Source: a virus. Taken from it: a stretch of 64,000 nt of DNA. Location: IMG/VR virus record IMGVR_UViG_3300027741_000022, positions 1-64,000 of that record, one strand, 5' to 3'. The notes beneath the pieces were generated by a model. It made no database searches, was not told the origin of the DNA, and saw only the letters and a list, made by a program, of their open reading frames with translations. The translations under genes and the position numbers were made by a program. Below are positions 9,456 to 18,654 of this stretch, in pieces; position 1 is the first letter of the stretch, and every line of letters begins with the position of its first letter.

Positions 9456-10572
9456 AAATATCTCTTAAAGATGGTCGGCTGATATATTCTGGTAAGTAAA
9501 TTTTATTTAATTTTACTTTTTCAAATAAATTTAAAAATATTGGATCATCGTAAACATATACGCCAGTATACAACCATCCTCTTGTCATTGGGTCACTGGG
9601 TTTTTTTTCATCTGAGTGTTCCCAATCTTTTTCATAAAAACTAGCCATATGTAACATTGCTTTTCTTATGCTTCCACATCCATTTTCATCTTCATAATTC
9701 CATATATTATGACCTAAATTAGAGCAAATTTTTGCCAGATCACACAATAAAAACAGATTATAATCACAATAGTGTCTGTTTTTAATTCTATCTAGTTCTT
9801 GAACCTGCAGCCCATTTGAATTTATTTGTTTACTCAACAGTTCTTTTATATTTTTTGAAATATAATTTTTTGCATCTTCGACCCTTCCAGCTAAACATAG
9901 ATAAGAAATTAATTGTTTTGAGTAAGATGTTCTTATATTGTGATAATAGCCGCCTTGTCTGATGCCTCTTGGGCTTGTTAAAAACCAATCAGACATATCA
10001 CCGAACCATTGTTTAATGTTTTCTTCGTCTGATCTTCTCCAACCGGGACTAGCTTTTAAAATTTCTATCGTATCTGTTAATATAAAAAGTTTATCTGCAT
10101 CTATTATCAATCCTCTTTCTTTAACATCTTTTTCTCCAACCATTATAATCTGACTATAAGTCAGATTTGGATTCATTTTGGTTTGTTCATTTATAAAAAA
10201 TGATCGTATAATTTTAATTGCTCTCTGAGCATATTCTTCTGATTTTGTTACATAATAAAAAACACTTAAAAGTTTTGTAGATAAAACCATTTTGTGAAGG
10301 TAGATATTATCAGAATATCTTGAAATGTCTCTATTTGCAATTCCATCTTTTCTTATATATGGAAATCCATTTTCTGAATTTGGATTTGGATGGTAATAAG
10401 TTGCAAGGCTTGTATAGTTATTAGCTCCTGTTATCTCTTTTATATGAGATTTGTTGAGAGTTATACTTATTTCACCTTTTTCTATTTTTTCTTCATTTTC
10501 TTTGTTTTCAATAAAAGCACTAATATATTCTTTGGGAATATTTTTCATTCTTTCTTTATTGTAATATATCAT
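9454..10572 (-). CDS. Alginate-lyase-family (PF05426-like) protein, paralog 2
   Basis: ATYYHPNP..GFPYIRKDG, TKMNPNLTY, YYHNIRTSY, RIKNRHYCDYNL; clearly paralogous to 1353..2465. Confidence 0.75.
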   Translation of the reverse strand: MIYYNKERMKNIPKEYISAFIENKENEEKIEKGEISITLNKSHIKEITGANNYTSLATYYHPNPNSENGFPYIRKDGIANRDISRYSDNIYLHKMVLSTKLLSVFYYVTKSEEYAQRAIKIIRSFFINEQTKMNPNLTYSQIIMVGEKDVKERGLIIDADKLFILTDTIEILKASPGWRRSDEENIKQWFGDMSDWFLTSPRGIRQGGYYHNIRTSYSKQLISYLCLAGRVEDAKNYISKNIKELLSKQINSNGLQVQELDRIKNRHYCDYNLFLLCDLAKICSNLGHNIWNYEDENGCGSIRKAMLHMASFYEKDWEHSDEKKPSDPMTRGWLYTGVYVYDDPIFLNLFEKVKLNKIYLPEYISRPSLRDI

Positions 10573-11276
10573 ATGTTTAAGTATTTATAAAAATTGTAAA
10601 TTAATTCACATTTGGTCAATTCTTTGTTTGGGCTATAATTTTTTTTTGATATATTATCTTGCATTTTCTTATTATTTATAAGATTCATAGCTTTCCAATC
10701 TAGATCGGATTTTATATTTCTTGTTGTTTCCTCTTTAGAGTTTAGGATAGCTTCTATTTGACAAGGTGTGTCTATAAATTCATATCCTATTAATTCACAA
10801 CGTAGCTTTAAATCAGTATCATGTTTACCAGCAGGCAAAAATGATTCATCATAACCCCCAACTTTATCAAACACTTCTCTGGAGCATCCTATTCTTCCAT
10901 AAACTCCTTTTCTTAGTACATTGCAGCAAATTCCCTTTGGTCTTAATTTCATTATATTTTCTGTTGCATCTCCTATAAAATTATCAACATCAAGATTAAA
11001 TAAGTAATCTCCGGAACTCAATCTTGCTGAGAAATTTTTTGCTATCGGTATAGAATAATTTTTGAAATTTAACGTTTTATAATAATGAATTCTATTTATA
11101 TGTTTAGGAGATTTTATAAAGTAATTCATAAAATCTGACATTTCATCACACGAATCACAATCTACTATAACCCACTCGGTGTTTTCTTTATTTTTTATTA
11201 TTTCTAAGTTATGGTCAAATGTTTGTTTAAATTGATAGAATCTATTTTTTATTTGAGAGCAATATGATATTAACAT
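10569..11276 (-). CDS. Glycosyltransferase family 2 / galactosyltransferase-like
   Basis: WVIVDCDS, YLFNLDVD (DxD), REVFDKVGGYDESF...HDTDL. Confidence 0.75.
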   Translation of the reverse strand: MLISYCSQIKNRFYQFKQTFDHNLEIIKNKENTEWVIVDCDSCDEMSDFMNYFIKSPKHINRIHYYKTLNFKNYSIPIAKNFSARLSSGDYLFNLDVDNFIGDATENIMKLRPKGICCNVLRKGVYGRIGCSREVFDKVGGYDESFLPAGKHDTDLKLRCELIGYEFIDTPCQIEAILNSKEETTRNIKSDLDWKAMNLINNKKMQDNISKKNYSPNKELTKCELIYNFYKYLNI

Positions 11277-11280
11277 TGCT

Positions 11281-13779
11281 TTAACTCTCTATAGAATAGT
11301 CTGGATTTTCTTCATCCATTTCAGTTTCATAGTCTCTTATTTTTAAACCATACTTCTCTATATCTTCATCACTTGGTTCTGGTAGCGCTTGTGAGTTAGA
11401 TTTCTCTGTGGGGTTTTCTTGTTGATTTTCTTCTGTTGGTTGTTCCTCTGGAGCAGCACCCTCAGTTGAAGGTTCTGTTGGTGCTTCAAGATTTGCGGAA
11501 GGACCACCAGGCTCTGTTCCCAATTCTGTCTCTGAAGAATCTTCTTTTGGAACTCCCACCCCAAGCAACTGTGGATTTTGTGAAAGAACCTGTATTTTCA
11601 ACTCTTCTAACTTTTGTATCTTTAGTCTACCGAGCATTTCGTCCGTTTGATCTTGTGAATACTTCAGCCAATTTATGTATATGTCATAATCTGACATCAA
11701 AACGGCACTCTTTAATTGTGTGGCAACTCCAAGCCTTGCATTAATCACATCTAATCTGCTTAATTCTCTCCAATCACTTGGAGGAGTCATTTTTATTTTA
11801 AGGTCTTTATATAATTCTTGCGGATAGCCTCTTAGAGTTAGATGTCTATCTGCTAATTCATATAATCCATCTTCAAAGCTAGCCTGAAGTCTTTCTATTT
11901 TTCTGGCGAATTTTACATCTTGTGAACTTAGACTCACCTTAGTGATGTTGATATCATCTCCGCTAAAATAATTTTTAGGAAAATTCAAACTCACGAAAAG
12001 TTTAGTTCTGAAATAAATTGCGTCATCTACTTCGCCCAACGATTGAGCACCTGGAAGTGTTTCTATTCTTGTATTGCTTCCTGGTCTGAGAGGAAGCCAA
12101 AAATCCTCATCAACAGCAGGAGGTTGCCATCTTTCATCTACTTTGTCTGCTCCTTCTCCGTATCCTCCTGCAACTTTTCGTTTTCTAAATTGATCCTTCA
12201 TTCGATCCATCAAGGAATCAACTTTGTGTGGAGGTAATTGACCAACATCTATGTAGAAAACTCTTCTTTCGCTTGCTCTTGCAAGTCTATAAACAACCAT
12301 ACTGTCTTCCATCAATCTTAATTGATGAGCAGGACTTCTGGCGGGTTCTATTAAGCTTACTCCATAAGGATAGAATGTTTTTCTATCTTCCCCAATTCTA
12401 AAGTGAATTATTTGATATGGGCTAAATCTTATAGCAGTACTTTTTTCTATATCTTTGGTACTTGTAAGATCTATCGGGTTTGTTAAAGCGCTATAGTCTG
12501 GACCTTCTTTGCTTTGTTGAAATTCAATTAGTTTTCCACGGGTTGTTTCTATTCTGTACATCGTCTCTGCAGGAAGATTTGATGTTTTGTATATACCTTC
12601 TTCTGGATTATCTGGATTGATTATTATTTCTAAAAAGTGATCTCCATTAACACAAAGATTTTTAAACCAACTCCATCCATTTTTATTTAAATTTATCATA
12701 TTTCTGTTAAAAAACAGAAATTCTATTTCATTTCTAATGTCATCACTACCAACAGAAATTGTACAAATATTTCCACTATCGTCTTTTTGACAATTGTGCA
12801 AAACAACACTATCTGTGCAAAAGCATTTATGTTTTTCAACACTAATATCATAAACATCTTCTGGTTCATTTTGTACTATTCCCACAACTCTTCTATAGTC
12901 AGTTTTACGACTTAGTTTTTTGAGCTCTTTTGCTGTAAACCCAGAACCTTCTACTTTGTTTTGCAATCCAACTGTTGTGATACCTAGAGTCTCAGCCACT
13001 TTTTTAACCATTATTCCCTTGCTTAGCATGTGAAGGGCTTTGTGTAAACGCTTTTCTTTTTCATCTGTTTTTCCAAATCTCCACCTATCTACAAAAAATC
13101 TTTCGTGCGTCCACCCAGTGTTGTAAGTGAAAATTCTTGGAAATTGATTTTTTTTGATTTTTGGTTCGTGTGTTACCGGAAGTCTATAAAAAGCCATCAA
13201 TTCATCGCCATCTTTTAGATTTCCTGTTTCTTCCCACTTTCCATTGCGTAATAACACTTTGTGATCTTTGGTGGCTGTGTAGCTACTTCCATCCTCAAGC
13301 ACTATCGTTAGAGTTTCTTCTTTTTTGACAAATCTTGGAGAATATGCCCATCCGAGTGTATGATCTTTTGCTTCTTCATCGAAACAATAAACCAAGAATT
13401 TCTCACTTGATCCTTCATCTACAAGCTCTTTTATTGTTTTGAATCCAAATGGAGTTGCAATTTTTGTACTTGCACTAACGCAAGCTTCGTCTGAAATTAC
13501 CGTCATAACGGTTTCAATTTCAGGTATATTCCTAAGTCTTTCATACTCTTTATATCTTCCACTTCTGTTGGTCAGAGTGGTTATGTCAATCATGTCGTTT
13601 GATTGACGATACGCCATTAATCCTTGAGAACCAGCAGCAACATCGTCACCGCCCATTGTTTGTAGGGCGTCGGGTTGAGACACACCGGCACCAGTCAGGT
13701 TTTTTGGATCCTGACTTCGTGAGTATGGATCTCTTTGAAATCCATATGTAAATAATTTGAAATAGTCGTACCAAGCCAT
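11281..13779 (-). CDS. T4 gp20-like portal vertex protein, intein-containing (about 602 aa after splicing)
   Basis: YRLARASERRVFYIDVG, EDFWLP, IETLPGAQSLGEVDDAIYF match the T4-type portal consensus; acidic C-terminal tail. Confidence 0.92.
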   Translation of the reverse strand: MAWYDYFKLFTYGFQRDPYSRSQDPKNLTGAGVSQPDALQTMGGDDVAAGSQGLMAYRQSNDMIDITTLTNRSGRYKEYERLRNIPEIETVMTVISDEACVSASTKIATPFGFKTIKELVDEGSSEKFLVYCFDEEAKDHTLGWAYSPRFVKKEETLTIVLEDGSSYTATKDHKVLLRNGKWEETGNLKDGDELMAFYRLPVTHEPKIKKNQFPRIFTYNTGWTHERFFVDRWRFGKTDEKEKRLHKALHMLSKGIMVKKVAETLGITTVGLQNKVEGSGFTAKELKKLSRKTDYRRVVGIVQNEPEDVYDISVEKHKCFCTDSVVLHNCQKDDSGNICTISVGSDDIRNEIEFLFFNRNMINLNKNGWSWFKNLCVNGDHFLEIIINPDNPEEGIYKTSNLPAETMYRIETTRGKLIEFQQSKEGPDYSALTNPIDLTSTKDIEKSTAIRFSPYQIIHFRIGEDRKTFYPYGVSLIEPARSPAHQLRLMEDSMVVYRLARASERRVFYIDVGQLPPHKVDSLMDRMKDQFRKRKVAGGYGEGADKVDERWQPPAVDEDFWLPLRPGSNTRIETLPGAQSLGEVDDAIYFRTKLFVSLNFPKNYFSGDDINITKVSLSSQDVKFARKIERLQASFEDGLYELADRHLTLRGYPQELYKDLKIKMTPPSDWRELSRLDVINARLGVATQLKSAVLMSDYDIYINWLKYSQDQTDEMLGRLKIQKLEELKIQVLSQNPQLLGVGVPKEDSSETELGTEPGGPSANLEAPTEPSTEGAAPEEQPTEENQQENPTEKSNSQALPEPSDEDIEKYGLKIRDYETEMDEENPDYSIES
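12793..13482 (-). mobile_element. 230-aa cis intein in the portal gene
   Basis: Begins CVSASTKIATP after DEA; block B TKDH; block F VYDISV; ends VLHN followed by C+1 (CQKD). No LAGLIDADG motif visible. Confidence 0.9.
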
Positions 13780-13783
13780 AATG

Positions 13784-13793
13784 TAATATAGTT
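13784..13793 (-). promoter_or_regulatory. AACTATATTA motif 4 nt upstream of the portal ATG
   Basis: Read directly; no Shine-Dalgarno between motif and ATG. Confidence 0.4.
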
Positions 13794-13839
13794 ATTAACT
13801 TTCAAAGCATTTTTTCGAAAATTTTAACTTAATTATGTT

Positions 13840-14046
13840 GTGAAAACTCAAGAAGATTGCTATTTCTACATAGACTCAACCAAACCGGAAGAAGAAAGAC
13901 ACATCGAAGCCAAATGCTTGGATTGCCAAAAAGAAGAAGATGGTGGCTGGTTTTGGAATGGAAAAATAAAAGGCTATGGTAAATTTGAAATAAAGTGTAG
14001 TGTTTGCGGAAAGATAATTAATGAAGAAAAAGAAAAAACAAATTAA
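13840..14046 (+). CDS. Small CxxC...CxxC zinc-finger-like hypothetical protein
   Basis: CLDC ... CSVC. Confidence 0.45.
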   Translation: MKTQEDCYFYIDSTKPEEERHIEAKCLDCQKEEDGGWFWNGKIKGYGKFEIKCSVCGKIINEEKEKTN

Positions 14047-14782
14047 AATTAGTAAACCAAAAAAAATACAAAAGTTTGATATAATTTCCGAATTCCCAGA
14101 AAATTACAAGGAATTAGTATATTGTGAACCTTTTTGTGGTTGTTGCAGTACATTTTTAAGAAAAGAACAGTCTAAAATTAGTGTTTTAAATGATATTAAT
14201 ATTGGAATATACACTTTAATAAAAACTTTGCAAAGTAACGAAAAGCATTTTTCAAACAAATTGAAATCTATAAAATTCAACCAAACTACTTTTAAAAATG
14301 AAATAAATAAAAAGGAATTCAAAAATGATATTGAGTATTCCATAAATCAATACATCCTATATAGAATGAGTAGAGCGGGACTCTGCAAAACATACAGCTG
14401 GTCCAGCTCTAAGAAAAAACAAACAGACTGCTGCTCTTGGAACACTTCTGTAGATAATTTTTCTTCTATATCCGAAAGATTAAATGGAGTTTTTCTCTAC
14501 AATAGACCACCAATAGAAATATTAAAAAACTTCAATTGCGACAATGTTTTGTTATATTGTGATATGCCTTGTTATTGTGGAAGCAAGTGTATTAAAACAG
14601 CATATAAGCCCGAAATGGATGAAAAAGATCACGTAGAATTTTCTAAATTAGTACTTAAATTTAGCGGTAAGGTTTTAATTCATAATCTTGAGTCTAATTT
14701 TTATAAAAAGTTATATAAAAGTTTAAATAGAAAAAAAATAATAAATAAAAATAGAGTCGAATATATTTGGAAAAACTTCTGA
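14021..14782 (+). CDS. Dam-like DNA adenine methyltransferase homolog with degenerate catalytic motifs
   Basis: YCEPFCGCCSTF, VLNDIN, YCDMPCY (instead of DPPY), EMDEKDH. Confidence 0.7.
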   Translation: MKKKKKQIKISKPKKIQKFDIISEFPENYKELVYCEPFCGCCSTFLRKEQSKISVLNDINIGIYTLIKTLQSNEKHFSNKLKSIKFNQTTFKNEINKKEFKNDIEYSINQYILYRMSRAGLCKTYSWSSSKKKQTDCCSWNTSVDNFSSISERLNGVFLYNRPPIEILKNFNCDNVLLYCDMPCYCGSKCIKTAYKPEMDEKDHVEFSKLVLKFSGKVLIHNLESNFYKKLYKSLNRKKIINKNRVEYIWKNF

Positions 14783-14796
14783 TATATATTTATATC

Positions 14797-15036
14797 ATGA
14801 ATTTTAAAGAATTTATTGAAGGTATGGACGCAAGCATGGTTGGAGATTTGTCCCAGACATTCTCCAACTCGGATAGCGATTTTGAAAAAAGTGGCGCCTC
14901 AAGTAAATACTTTACAAATAGCGTAAGTGCAGATAAATCAAACTTTAATCCTGAGAAAATATATGGGAAAATTCGAAAAATATCTAGAAGAAAAAGAAAT
15001 CAACAACATAATAGAAACTGGCAAAAACATAAATGA
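14797..15036 (+). CDS. Small hypothetical protein with MNFKEFIE N-terminus
   Basis: ORF track frame, start reassigned to the second Met. Confidence 0.5.
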   Translation: MNFKEFIEGMDASMVGDLSQTFSNSDSDFEKSGASSKYFTNSVSADKSNFNPEKIYGKIRKISRRKRNQQHNRNWQKHK

Positions 15037-15220
15037 TAGTTTTTGGGAAGATTTTCTTTTGGTTTTGAATAACAGTAGCGGTTTATCTTCTTTGTTGGGT
15101 GTTCCAAGAAGCAAAATTATCACTTGGAATAAAAAAATAAAAGAAGCTTTGAAAGAAAACAAAGAAAAAGAAACAAATATTTCAAAAAAGCATAAAATAA
15201 TTAAAACCGGTCAACACTAG
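14963..15220 (+). CDS. Small hypothetical protein (MGKFEKYLEE...)
   Basis: ORF track frame, start reassigned. Confidence 0.5.
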   Translation: MGKFEKYLEEKEINNIIETGKNINDSFWEDFLLVLNNSSGLSSLLGVPRSKIITWNKKIKEALKENKEKETNISKKHKIIKTGQH

Positions 15221-17028
15221 GGGCAACTACCAGGTAGAGGCAGATCGTTATCATTTATATCTTGTGTTATCCAAGCCATAATGTTGTTGGCTGCACTTTG
15301 AAATAATACCGGCGAATCGTCCGGATTGTTTGGATCCTGAAGCTGCGTCGCCACATCAGCAATGACAGTGTTGTCAGCCCCGTCGCATAATTCTGCTCGC
15401 AACAGTACGGGTTTTCCCAAATATCCAGAAGGGATATTTATTGACGCTATTTGTTCCGACTGAACACCCACGCCCCAACTCGTACCTCTTATGCGCAGAT
15501 TAATAGTCATTGGGGTTGTTATATCGGCGCACGTTGCCGGCGATGGGGCGCAAGAAAATCTAAATTTCATCGTCAGGTTTAAACAATATTTTTGTTCGCA
15601 GGCGTTAGTGGCTGGGTTATATTTACATATTGTCATGCCAGTCGAAGCAGCATCGTCATACGCATCAGGAATTTCTGTTGTGCATACAATTGTTATTATA
15701 TCTCCATCGTTATAGCCAGCAGGAGGCGTTGCTGTCGGCGTTGCTGTCGGTCCAAGCGTTGCCGTTGGTGTGGCAGTAAGTGTTGGCGTGGCTGTTGGTC
15801 CAAGTGTCGCTGTAGGAGTAGCCGTTGGGCCAAGCGTGACTGTGGGTGTTATTGTGGGGGTGACTGCTGGAGTTTCCGCAGGAGGACATGTTGGACACAA
15901 AGGAGATCTGGTTACATCGACTGTTGATCCTTTTGCATCTATGTTAATTAAAAATCCATCTCCATCCGCTGGTACGGATCCTGCCAAAACTGTTCTTTTT
16001 ATCCACATTGCTAAATAATCCCCGGGATAAAAATGATTCAGAGTTATTCTTCTTGTGATATCAAAAAAAGTAACCGAGGGTGCTGTTTGAGAATCACTAA
16101 ATTCAACAGCAGGATTTATTAAAGCGGAGCTATCTGCTCTTGTGACTCCTGTTGCTGGACCTCCGCGTTTAACAATAACTCCACTTATAGTTAGATTTAA
16201 TGGATTAATATCCGCTCCACTCTCAGCAATAGTTATTGTGTCATTTGCTCTTTGATTTGGTATTATTATTTTAAAAGATCTATCTGTACCACCGATAGAC
16301 TCAACCAAAATTGAGTCTAATTTGTTTAAACTTCTAAGTTTGCTTTGTAACTCTGTTGCTTGGTTAACTATATCATCAACATAATTAACTCGCACAGTTT
16401 GATTTTCATATTGAAGATAAAAATATCCAATCACTCCACTTGGATCAGGTGTTGGAAGCGGAGAAGAATGACTAATTGTAAGAGTTTGTTCTTCGTCTAC
16501 AAATTTAATTGCTGTTTGGCTTGCTACCCCACCGCTACCACCTACATATGCCCCAGTTGCATTGCTGTTAATTGTAAAAGTGTTTGAAGTTACAGATTCA
16601 ATATTGGCTTTCACATTATAGCCGCTTAAGTCAGCACCTGTGATTCCTGTCACCAGCACAGGCTGTCCTGTCACAAATCCATGATTAGTAGCTGTTGTGT
16701 AAATAACATTTATTCCATCTCCCGATACATTAATAATATTTGCCGACGAATTTAATGAATAGACTCCATAAAAACCGTACTCCACATATGAAGGGGTGTA
16801 TTCTGTTATTGAGATTGTAAAATCATTAAATGATTCTGACGGATTACTGTTTTTTAGATATATGCATTTATAATCTACTACACCGTTGGCTAGTTTTGTT
16901 TGTGAGATATCTGTAAATAAAACTTTTCCTGTTATCTCGTTATTATACGTCCCTCCAAGCGACACTTCGTTGCCGCCATTATTACCAATAGAATAATAAA
17001 ATTTTATGTCCGATTCTTGTATAGCCAT
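15217..17028 (-). CDS. Putative virion structural protein with Pro/Thr repeat linker
   Basis: Start MAIQESDIKFYYS; NHGFVTGQPVLVTG beta-sandwich segment; PTATPTATLG repeats; Cys-containing C-terminal domain. Confidence 0.6.
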   Translation of the reverse strand: MAIQESDIKFYYSIGNNGGNEVSLGGTYNNEITGKVLFTDISQTKLANGVVDYKCIYLKNSNPSESFNDFTISITEYTPSYVEYGFYGVYSLNSSANIINVSGDGINVIYTTATNHGFVTGQPVLVTGITGADLSGYNVKANIESVTSNTFTINSNATGAYVGGSGGVASQTAIKFVDEEQTLTISHSSPLPTPDPSGVIGYFYLQYENQTVRVNYVDDIVNQATELQSKLRSLNKLDSILVESIGGTDRSFKIIIPNQRANDTITIAESGADINPLNLTISGVIVKRGGPATGVTRADSSALINPAVEFSDSQTAPSVTFFDITRRITLNHFYPGDYLAMWIKRTVLAGSVPADGDGFLINIDAKGSTVDVTRSPLCPTCPPAETPAVTPTITPTVTLGPTATPTATLGPTATPTLTATPTATLGPTATPTATPPAGYNDGDIITIVCTTEIPDAYDDAASTGMTICKYNPATNACEQKYCLNLTMKFRFSCAPSPATCADITTPMTINLRIRGTSWGVGVQSEQIASINIPSGYLGKPVLLRAELCDGADNTVIADVATQLQDPNNPDDSPVLFQSAANNIMAWITQDINDNDLPLPGSCP

Positions 17029-17112
17029 ATGATTAATATAATTAAAAATTACACAATATATAGAAGATTTCAAATGATATTGATGTTGTATTTTTTGAAT
17101 TTGATGATATAA

Positions 17113-17304
17113 TTGATGAAACTTTTAACCAACAAGGAAATTAATATGAAAATAAATAATTTTTGGGTTCTAAAATCAAAAGAAAAAATAATATTGAAAA
17201 TGTTGGATTGGTGTCACAAAAATGACAAAATAGTAGAAAAAATGGATTATAGTTCCTTATTGGAGGCTCTTAAATCTCCAATAAGGAACACTTCCGGAAT
17301 TTAA
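17113..17304 (+). CDS. Small hypothetical protein
   Basis: ORF filling the gap between divergent/convergent genes; no motif. Confidence 0.35.
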   Translation: MMKLLTNKEINMKINNFWVLKSKEKIILKMLDWCHKNDKIVEKMDYSSLLEALKSPIRNTSGI

Positions 17305-18275
17305 CCCCGTAGCCAACTTTCAAAATGATTTGGATCGATAATTCCAAATCCTTCGAAAAATTTATTTTTCGAAAATTCTGGGTTTTTTAAAGAAATTGTA
17401 TTTTTCTTTAAAATTTTTCTATAGTCTTCATCGTTTTCAAGCTTTATATCTATTTTGTTGTTTCTGACGTAGCTTAAAAGTAACGCTGCACAACCAACAG
17501 CAAATGGATTGCTCATGCTTGTCCCGCTCATATAAGCATACCAGCCTTTTGGAACTGTGCTGAAAATTTTAACCCCAGGAGCCAAGAAATCTAAGTCGCT
17601 ACCTGTACAACTGAATGGAGCTCTTTCTAAATTTTCATCAATTGCTCCAATTCCAATTGTTTCTGGATAATTTGCTGGGTAGTATATTTCATGAGTTTTA
17701 CCAGCATTTCCAGCAGCACAAAATGTTACACATTTTTTACTTAAAGCATAAGAAATAGCTTTTTTCATTGATTCCACTTGATGTGGAGATCCGAGACTCA
17801 TAGTTAGGAGGTCGGCTCCTTGATCTGCAGCCCAAATTATTGCTTCTTCTATGTCTCTTGGATTTCCATTCCCTCTATCATCAAGAGCTTTGATTGGAAT
17901 TACTTTTGATTTTGGAGCCACGCCGATCATTCCAATATCGTTATTTTCAGCACATATCGTGCCTGTTACGTGAGTTCCGTGACTATTTATGTCTATCGGC
18001 TCTTTGTTTCTTTCAACAAAATTTTTACCTTGAAGTAAATTATTTTTTAAATCAGGGTGTTCTAAATCGACGCCTGTGTCAATCACTGCTATTTTTACGC
18101 CCTCTCCCTGACTTAATTTCCATTTATCAGGGAGATTAAAACGTGTTATCTGCCATCCTGCCGCCTGTTGAGCTTCTTGCAGAGAATATACATCTTCTCT
18201 AGTATATGGTAATAAGCTATATGTTTTCTCGTTGTGAGGCATAATTAGACTCCTTTCTATTCCATGTCCCCTCAT
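17301..18275 (-). CDS. Subtilisin-family (S8) serine protease
   Basis: Catalytic triad motifs IAVIDTGVD, NSHGTHVTG, MSGTSMSNP; oxyanion AAGN. Confidence 0.93.
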   Translation of the reverse strand: MRGHGIERSLIMPHNEKTYSLLPYTREDVYSLQEAQQAAGWQITRFNLPDKWKLSQGEGVKIAVIDTGVDLEHPDLKNNLLQGKNFVERNKEPIDINSHGTHVTGTICAENNDIGMIGVAPKSKVIPIKALDDRGNGNPRDIEEAIIWAADQGADLLTMSLGSPHQVESMKKAISYALSKKCVTFCAAGNAGKTHEIYYPANYPETIGIGAIDENLERAPFSCTGSDLDFLAPGVKIFSTVPKGWYAYMSGTSMSNPFAVGCAALLLSYVRNNKIDIKLENDEDYRKILKKNTISLKNPEFSKNKFFEGFGIIDPNHFESWLRG

Positions 18276-18585
18276 TATATTTATGCACTAGAAAATCAAT
18301 AATACTAGAAATCAAAAACTGAATAACAATTACCTTTATAATGCTGTCAAAAGGCTTTAAATATATTGGTAAGTTTTTGCTTATAACCACGTTGTAAATT
18401 GAATAGATTACAGATATTACAACTGCTTTTTTGCTTGCGCCGTCAACTGGAAGATTCTCGGCTTGGTTGATGCTATCATCGACGCACTTCAGCACAAAAG
18501 AAATGCATTCGTTAATGTTTTTTGTGTTGTTTTCTTTGAAATTTGATAAGTATTTTTCAATTAATTCTTTTTTAATGTGCTCCAT
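18217..18585 (-). CDS. Hypothetical helical protein
   Basis: ORF overlapping the S8 start; hydrophobic C-terminal helix. Confidence 0.5.
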   Translation of the reverse strand: MEHIKKELIEKYLSNFKENNTKNINECISFVLKCVDDSINQAENLPVDGASKKAVVISVIYSIYNVVISKNLPIYLKPFDSIIKVIVIQFLISSIIDFLVHKYNEGTWNRKESNYASQRENI

Positions 18586-18588
18586 AAT

Positions 18589-18602
18589 AAGTATATATAC
18601 TT
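18589..18602. promoter_or_regulatory. 14-bp palindrome AAGTATATATACTT between divergent genes
   Basis: Read directly. Confidence 0.4.
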
Positions 18603-18654
18603 ACAAGTTTTACTTAATAAACCTATATACATTTATTCCTTATAAAACAAAAAA

